Origin: a virus
Lineage: Duplodnaviria; Heunggongvirae; Uroviricota; Caudoviricetes
Virus record (IMG/VR): IMGVR_UViG_2778261593_000002
Coordinates: 1-10,619 of that record
DNA length: 10,619 nucleotides
Reading direction: 5' to 3' (one strand)
Shown here: piece after piece, positions 6,449-10,619 of the stretch
How positions within the stretch are numbered: the first letter of the stretch is position 1
How the letters are laid out: each line of letters opens with the position of its first letter
The notes under the pieces: model-generated
The model's database searches: none
Told to the model about the DNA's origin: nothing
The model's input: only the letters and a program-made list of their open reading frames with translations
Made by a program: the position numbers and the translations under genes

Positions 6449-7381
6449 TTACCCCCTGAACCCCGGCGGAATTTCGGTGTCCGGTTCAGAAATGTGATTC
6501 ACGCAACGCTGTACAGGCGAACGCCCCAGACGAATAACCAGCTCATCCCATTTTTCGCGAAGCTTTGACGGGCTCATGACGTTTTTTACCCAGAATGGAT
6601 CCCGCTGTACCCGACCAAACATTTCGCAAATTTGTCTGTGAGTTCTGCCATCCAACATCCGCATTGTGCGCACATCATTGGCCCATGCAGTCCAGTTGGG
6701 TTCTTTCGGTCGCATGATTTCGCCATCATCGCTGGCAGCCTGCTCGTAAAGACTCACGATTCGTCCCCAGATCCACTGCGCACACGCTAAATCTTCCTGG
6801 CTGCCCCACTGGCGTTTTTTCGCACTGAACACAACCGCGTCAGGGTGTCGGGTTAAAAAATCCTGTTCAGCCGTCTGCGAGTCCGGTTGCGAAGCTTCCG
6901 GACGAAAAGATCTTTTATCTGACGGATCAGGTTTTAATACTGACGGATCGGGGCCAACCATCGCCCCCCTAACCGGATGTTTTTTATCAACGGTTGATCC
7001 ATCAAAATTTGAGGGGTCAATATTTGACGGGTCATTTTTTACCGGGTTAATTTTTCTTTTCGGTTTATATGCCTCACGCGCCGCCGCTGCTGCTGCTTCG
7101 AGTTTTTCCACATTAAGACGGTAGATATTGCTTTCATTACGCCCACCGACCTTACGTTCTTCCTTCGTCAGCCAGCCGTTCTTTTCCAGTTCTGCTATCG
7201 CAGCTTTAACCGTTGATTCACTCTTTGCCCCAATCTGACGACGAATGGTCTCCACTGCAGGCCATGACACACCTTCGTCATTGCTGTAATCTGCAAGGCG
7301 AGCCATTACTGCCACCCTGGATAAGATCATGCCGGTGAAGGCGCACCCTTCCCAGACAAGACCATGAAGCTTGCTGCTCAT
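6449..7381 (-). CDS. Replication initiation protein (lambda O-like: N-terminal HTH domain, iteron-containing linker), 310 aa
   Basis: ATG at 7381..7379 with GGAG 7 nt upstream; N-terminal HTH-like segment; central repetitive DPSNIDPSNFDGS...GPDPSVLKPDPSD region encoded by DNA iterons; position after the cro/cII-analog genes. Confidence 0.65.
   Translation of the reverse strand: MSSKLHGLVWEGCAFTGMILSRVAVMARLADYSNDEGVSWPAVETIRRQIGAKSESTVKAAIAELEKNGWLTKEERKVGGRNESNIYRLNVEKLEAAAAAAREAYKPKRKINPVKNDPSNIDPSNFDGSTVDKKHPVRGAMVGPDPSVLKPDPSDKRSFRPEASQPDSQTAEQDFLTRHPDAVVFSAKKRQWGSQEDLACAQWIWGRIVSLYEQAASDDGEIMRPKEPNWTAWANDVRTMRMLDGRTHRQICEMFGRVQRDPFWVKNVMSPSKLREKWDELVIRLGRSPVQRCVNHISEPDTEIPPGFRG
6918..7060. 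repeat. Candidate replication origin: four to five GG(A/G)TC-containing iterons followed by an AT-rich stretch, inside the O-like gene
   Basis: TCTGACGGATC (6918-6928), ACTGACGGATC (6939-6949), TTTGAGGGGTC (7008-7018), TTTGACGGGTC (7024-7034), then TTTTTTACCGGGTTAATTTTTCTTTTCGGTTTATAT (7035-7070). Confidence 0.5.
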
Positions 7382-7405
7382 AAAAAAACTCCGAACACCG
7401 TGCTT

Positions 7406-7831
7406 TTAGTGCATCACCAGGGCATTTCCCGCCGGACCACCACGATTCATCTGATTGAAACCAGCGATCGCCACTGCGACAAAATCATCAGCGTCTCTCA
7501 CCAGTCGCTCCCGCGTCTCCACCAGCTCCCGAAAATAAGCTGAACTGTGGCTGCGCATTCTGGCCACCAGCAAAGGTGGCATTGCCTTTTCGATCGCTGG
7601 TAACAACGCCTGAATTTTTTCAACTGCATCAGGGGTGTCTTTCTCTACCCAGCGGAAAATTTTCTGGGTATTGCGAGCCAGGGCTTCCGGATGGCTGTCG
7701 TCATACAGTTCCGGGAACGTCATTCCCAGCTCGAAATACGCTTTGGTAATTTTCGCAGCCGGTACTTTTTCGCCGTCCGGATGCGCCCAGGCATTCATCG
7801 CCATGCGGATGTGTTCATGCTTGATTTTCAT
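7406..7831 (-). CDS. YdaT-like protein (reported CII functional analog of Rac-type prophages), 141 aa
   Basis: N-terminus MKIKHEHI and C-terminus ending VMH match what I recall of E. coli Rac YdaT; start overlaps the cro-like stop (ATGA); GGGGG Shine-Dalgarno upstream. Confidence 0.6.
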   Translation of the reverse strand: MKIKHEHIRMAMNAWAHPDGEKVPAAKITKAYFELGMTFPELYDDSHPEALARNTQKIFRWVEKDTPDAVEKIQALLPAIEKAMPPLLVARMRSHSSAYFRELVETRERLVRDADDFVAVAIAGFNQMNRGGPAGNALVMH

Positions 7832-8058
7832 GAATCCCCCCCTTGGTTAGAAGGCGGATTATGATCAGAACCGGGAATGACAACCGTCGGTATGTGTAAC
7901 TCATATTTGAGCGCCCCGGCAGTGACTGCCTGAATTAGCAACGCCCATTTCCACGGAACCTCTTCCCCCCACATGCTGACTGTGGTTTTTGACGTTCCTA
8001 GAGCTGCGGCTGTTTTAACAACTCCGCCAAAATAGCCTAATACTTCTGATTTTTTCAT
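7828..8058 (-). CDS. Cro/YdaS/DicC-like small HTH regulator, 76 aa
   Basis: ORF 7828..8106 trimmed to ATG at 8058..8056 with GGAG 7 nt upstream; HTH-like segment VVKTAAALGTSKTTVSMW; divergent from the CI-like gene across a 91-bp operator region. Confidence 0.65.
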   Translation of the reverse strand: MKKSEVLGYFGGVVKTAAALGTSKTTVSMWGEEVPWKWALLIQAVTAGALKYELHIPTVVIPGSDHNPPSNQGGDS

Positions 8059-8151
8059 GAGTCGCTCCATAAAACTGAACGTCAAAAGTTTAATAATCAA
8101 AACCAAAAAAAGTCAAGAAACAAAACCATCTGTGTTTTAAAATCAAAACAT
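8059..8151. promoter_or_regulatory. Divergent immunity control region (OR-like): PR-like and PRM-like promoters with a palindromic operator
   Basis: Perfect inverted repeat TGTTTT-aaaatc-AAAACAT at 8133-8151, overlapping the CI start codon and a TAAAAT -10 (8138-8143). Minus strand has TTGACT at 8116..8111 followed by AT-rich -10 candidates for the cro-like gene. No Shine-Dalgarno precedes the CI ATG, suggesting a leaderless transcript. Confidence 0.55.
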
Positions 8152-8788
8152 GAGCAAGCAAACTATATCTGAACGCATAACCCAACGTATGCATGCGCTA
8201 AACCTGAAAGGCAAAGACCTTGTCAATGGCACTGGCGCATCAAAAGGCTCCGTAAGTCAATGGATGAACGGTGGAGGAGCGCCGTCCTCGCGTTACATAA
8301 GTTCACTGGCAAAAATATTGAAAGTAAACGAAAATTGGCTTCTTAATGGAGGAGAGTTAAATACAGGTGATTCGCTTGATCTATCTTTACCGCCGATAAA
8401 AACGGTTCCGCTACTATCACTTCAGCAGGCAGCAAGCTGGAGTGATTATATGAAAAATTCCTCAATAACCTCTTGTGTGCAGCTTGTCGGAGAAATCCCG
8501 GTCAATACCTTTGCAGTTGTTCTAGAGAGTGACAGTATGTCAACATCTGGTGGGGGAGTTTCCATCCCAAATGGTTCAACAGTTTTTGTTGATCCCGATC
8601 GAACCGTACAACCAGGAAATATTGTCCTTGCCTTACCCAAAGGGACCACAACACCTGTCATTCGTAAACTGGAGATAGAAGGGCCGGATATTCTTTTAGT
8701 CCCCACGAATCCTCGCTACCCTTCAATTATGCTGGATGATCTATCTTGCATATTGGGCGTATGCTTTAAAATTCAACAAGATATTTAA
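8150..8788 (+). CDS. CI-type prophage repressor with N-terminal HTH and C-terminal S24 (LexA-like) autopeptidase domain, 212 aa
   Basis: N-terminal HTH (ISERITQRMHALNLKGKDLVNGTGASKGSVSQW); C-terminal ESDSM...VFVDPDR...VIRKL...LVPTNPRYPSI parallels lambda CI motifs GDSM / VDPE / KKL / LNPQYPMI. Confidence 0.85.
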   Translation: MSKQTISERITQRMHALNLKGKDLVNGTGASKGSVSQWMNGGGAPSSRYISSLAKILKVNENWLLNGGELNTGDSLDLSLPPIKTVPLLSLQQAASWSDYMKNSSITSCVQLVGEIPVNTFAVVLESDSMSTSGGGVSIPNGSTVFVDPDRTVQPGNIVLALPKGTTTPVIRKLEIEGPDILLVPTNPRYPSIMLDDLSCILGVCFKIQQDI

Positions 8789-8854
8789 CCAACCTCATCT
8801 ATTTGATTAACTGTATGCCATCGTGGTGATGGCTTAACAGCTGCCTGCTTAAAA

Positions 8855-8901
8855 TGTTTTGATAAAAAAACATTGACCTGAAAAGTTCGTTTTTCTAAAC
8901 T
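8855..8901 (+). promoter_or_regulatory. Promoter of the ydfABC-dicF-dicB-like operon with a second copy of the operator palindrome
   Basis: TTGACC (8873-8878) - 17 nt - TAAACT (8896-8901), preceded by an A-tract. Operator-like TGTTTT-gataaa-AAAACAT at 8855-8873 overlaps the -35 and has the same half-sites and spacing as the site at 8133-8151. Confidence 0.5.
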
Positions 8902-9080
8902 TCATTCATTCCCTCACCCCATCCTACAGAATGCAGGGCAATACTTCGAGTTACCAGGCAGTGGTCAGGGGTTAAGTAGCCAGCCCGAGGCGTAAGAACA
9001 TGACGGCAGGGTTCAACTTTAATAACTATGCAGCAGGTTTTTGTTCCGCTACCCCGGCGTTAAGGGGAAATGAGGTCAGC

Positions 9081-9236
9081 ATGGATACTATCGATCTTGG
9101 CAACAACGAATCTCTGGTGTGCGGCGTGTTTCCCAACCAGGACGGCACATTCACCGCGATGACGTATACCAAAAGCAAAACGTTTAAAACCGAAAATGGT
9201 GCCCGTCGCTGGCTGGAAAGAAACTCAGGTGAGTGA
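9081..9236 (+). CDS. YdfA/YdaF-like small protein, 51 aa
   Basis: ORF 9000..9236 trimmed to ATG 9081 with GAGG 7 nt upstream; size and position as first gene after the repressor match ydfA of the Qin dicB operon. Identity is inferred from position and size, not sequence recall. Confidence 0.55.
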   Translation: MDTIDLGNNESLVCGVFPNQDGTFTAMTYTKSKTFKTENGARRWLERNSGE

Positions 9237-9237
9237 T

Positions 9238-9366
9238 ATGGATTTCGACACAATCATGGAAAAGGCTTACGAAGAATACTTCGAAGGCCTTGCCGAAGGC
9301 GAAGAAGCTCTCAGCTTCAGTGAGTTTAAACAGGCGCTTTCCAGTTCGGCAAAATCTAACGGCTGA
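9238..9366 (+). CDS. YdfB-like small acidic protein, 42 aa (below the ORF-track cutoff)
   Basis: ATG at 9238, 1 nt after the upstream stop, with AGGTGAG upstream; translation MDFDTIMEKAYEEYFEGLAEGEEALSFSEFKQALSSSAKSNG; TGA at 9364-9366. Confidence 0.5.
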   Translation: MDFDTIMEKAYEEYFEGLAEGEEALSFSEFKQALSSSAKSNG

Positions 9367-9396
9367 TAAGCGAAATAGCACCGCGAGGAATTCAGT

Positions 9397-9612
9397 ATGA
9401 AGAAACAAGAACCCGTCATCATCGCGCCAGACTATACCGATGATGAAATTTACGAATGGATGTGCGGGAAGATACGCGCCATTAATGACCTGAAGCAGGC
9501 TGCTGACTACAAAGAGCGCCTCTCTAAAGAGCTGGCGTCAGCGGAGCAGGATATTACCTCTCTGGCAAAAAACGCGGCATTAAACGTTTCGCGAGTGATT
9601 GCAAACTACTGA
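9397..9612 (+). CDS. YdfC-like small protein, 71 aa
   Basis: ATG 9397 with GAGGAA 9 nt upstream; third small gene of the operon, matching ydfC in position and size. Confidence 0.55.
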   Translation: MKKQEPVIIAPDYTDDEIYEWMCGKIRAINDLKQAADYKERLSKELASAEQDITSLAKNAALNVSRVIANY

Positions 9613-9627
9613 CCGATGAGGTTGACG

Positions 9628-9807
9628 ATGAATGAGACAGAACTTAAACACGTTATTGCCTTGCTTCTGGAAGATGCAAAACGCTTACATGAACTGGAAC
9701 CCAATGCAGGCACAGAGGCCCGCATTTGGTTAGCAAAAAAATGCCTGGATAGTAAAAGTTTTCAGAAAGAAATAACAATCAGTTTTGAGAATTCGCCTCA
9801 TCTATGA
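9628..9807 (+). CDS. Hypothetical small protein, 59 aa
   Basis: ORF 9616..9807; second ATG at 9628 has GAGG 8 nt upstream; its 3' end overlaps a convergent minus-strand ORF by 29 nt. Confidence 0.35.
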   Translation: MNETELKHVIALLLEDAKRLHELEPNAGTEARIWLAKKCLDSKSFQKEITISFENSPHL

Positions 9808-10009
9808 ATTGTTGAATCAGGTTTGCTAATTCAGTGGCATGTTTATCACCTGTGCTTTTTAAAGCATCTGTTACACAATCTGAGCGAAGTTCTGGCGGAA
9901 GTCTTGTTGCCATCAAAGCTATCGCGAGCTTAATGGCTCTTAACTCAGCATTTATTCCATCATGGGATAAATCATTATTAATAGTGGTTTTTATTGTGTT
10001 CAAAATCAC
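9779..10009 (-). CDS. Hypothetical small helical protein, about 74-76 aa, antisense to the surrounding operon
   Basis: AGGAGG at 10015..10010 sits right at the GTG (10009..10007); a TTG at 10003..10001 gives 6-nt spacing. Composition looks protein-like (LRAIKLAIALMATRLPPELRSDCVTDALK). Confidence 0.4.
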   Translation of the reverse strand: MILNTIKTTINNDLSHDGINAELRAIKLAIALMATRLPPELRSDCVTDALKSTGDKHATELANLIQQFIDEANSQN

Positions 10010-10337
10010 CCTCCTGAGGGTTGTTAATTAAGGAGTTCTCCACGGGTCAGGTGGAGTGCGTGCGCCGGACACGGGTGAGCATCCGGCACTGACAGTTTAC
10101 TGAAAGGATATATCCCTGAAAAGTCAGGGCATAACGCGAAAGCGCACGGCGAAGTTATTTCTCCCTCTGTTGCGTGCCACCGGCATCTTCGACCGTGCGC
10201 TTCCGGTTGTGGCAATCCGCGAAATGGCGCGGCGGTAAGTATGGCGGGGTTATTCTTTCCCCGTTGAGGACACCGGGTTGTCAGGTTGACCATACGCTTA
10301 AGTGACAACCCCGCTGCAACGCCCTCTGTTATCAATA

Positions 10338-10394
10338 TTCTGGTGACATTTGGCGGTATCAGTTTTACTCCGTGACTGCTCTGCCGCCCTTTTT
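10338..10394 (+). ncRNA. dicF: DicF small regulatory RNA with its Rho-independent terminator
   Basis: TTCTGGTGACATTTGGCGGTATCAGTTTTACTCCGTGACTGCTCTGCCGCCCTTTTTT matches the E. coli DicF sequence as I recall it with one or two substitutions; GGCGG...CCGCC stem followed by a T-run; position between ydfC-like and dicB-like genes. Confidence 0.8.
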
Positions 10395-10574
10395 TAAAAG
10401 TGAATTTTGTGATGCGGTGAATGCGGCTCAGCGCACGCGGAACAGTTAAATCGGTAAAGCGGTCATTTGCTGAGTAACGGGAATGCTCTGTATCCGGCGT
10501 TAATTGTTAACTGGTTAACGTCACCTGGAGGCACCAGGCACTGCATCACAAAATTCATTGTTGAGGACGCGATA

Positions 10575-10619
10575 ATGGAAAAGTTATCATACAATGCCAG
10601 TACGTCTGAACTTCGTTTC
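10575..10619 (+). CDS. Window-truncated start of a DicB-like cell-division inhibitor gene
   Basis: ATG 10575 with GAGGA 7 nt upstream; MEKLSYNASTSELRF shares about 7 of 15 residues with the N-terminus of E. coli DicB as I recall it (MKTLLPNVNTSEGCF), and sits downstream of DicF as dicB does. Confidence 0.4.
   Translation, partial: MEKLSYNASTSELRF

Noticed and set aside
6918-7034. Direct repeats considered as a CRISPR array or mobile-element terminal repeats
   Set aside because: Repeats are short (about 11 bp), imperfect, few, lie inside a coding region and are followed by an AT-rich stretch, fitting replication-origin iterons; no cas genes or transposase are present.
7828-8106. Extended 92-aa version of the cro-like ORF starting at 8106
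   Set aside because: No ribosome site before 8106 and the extension would run into the operator region; the ATG at 8058 has a GGAG site at proper spacing.
9000-9236. 78-aa version of the ydfA-like ORF starting at 9000
   Set aside because: The internal ATG at 9081 has a GAGG ribosome site and yields the 51-aa size expected for this family; the upstream extension is probably untranslated leader.
3366-10031. Remaining opposite-strand ORFs (3366..3557, 4271..4531, 4560..4763, 4609..4869, 5182..5409, 5429..5647, 5978..6208, 7635..7850, 8446..8706, 9026..9253, 9184..9408, 9834..10031)
   Set aside because: Each is embedded in or antisense to a better-supported gene with ribosome site and coupling; none has its own convincing start context.
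10024-10335. Minus-strand 103-aa ORF in the GC-rich region upstream of DicF
   Set aside because: Cys/His/Pro/Arg-rich low-complexity translation, no ribosome site, and it lies in a region better explained as structured RNA leader of DicF.
10030-10340. Possible retron or other reverse-transcriptase-associated ncRNA
   Set aside because: No reverse transcriptase or other partner gene is present; the structure is adequately explained as DicF precursor leader.

Overview
This window looks like the early/regulatory half of a lambdoid (Qin/dicB-type) prophage from an enterobacterial genome. All calls come from reading the sequence and recalling protein families from memory; no database search was run. 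From right to left on the minus strand it carries a cro-like gene, a YdaT-like (CII-analog) gene, an O-like replication initiator with embedded iterons, a tightly packed nin-like cargo operon of uncharacterised genes, a hok/mok type I toxin locus, a frame-disrupted DUF968 gene, rusA, an antiterminator Q gene and a PR'-like promoter with terminator. On the plus strand are a CI-type repressor with an S24 autocleavage domain, three small ydfA/B/C-like genes, a DicF sRNA and the start of a dicB-like gene. I could not identify a clearly novel system; the best candidates for follow-up are the uncharacterised cargo operon (3233-5715), the hok locus with its mRNA fold-back pairing, and a convergent small-gene pair embedded in the dicB-type operon (9628-10009).
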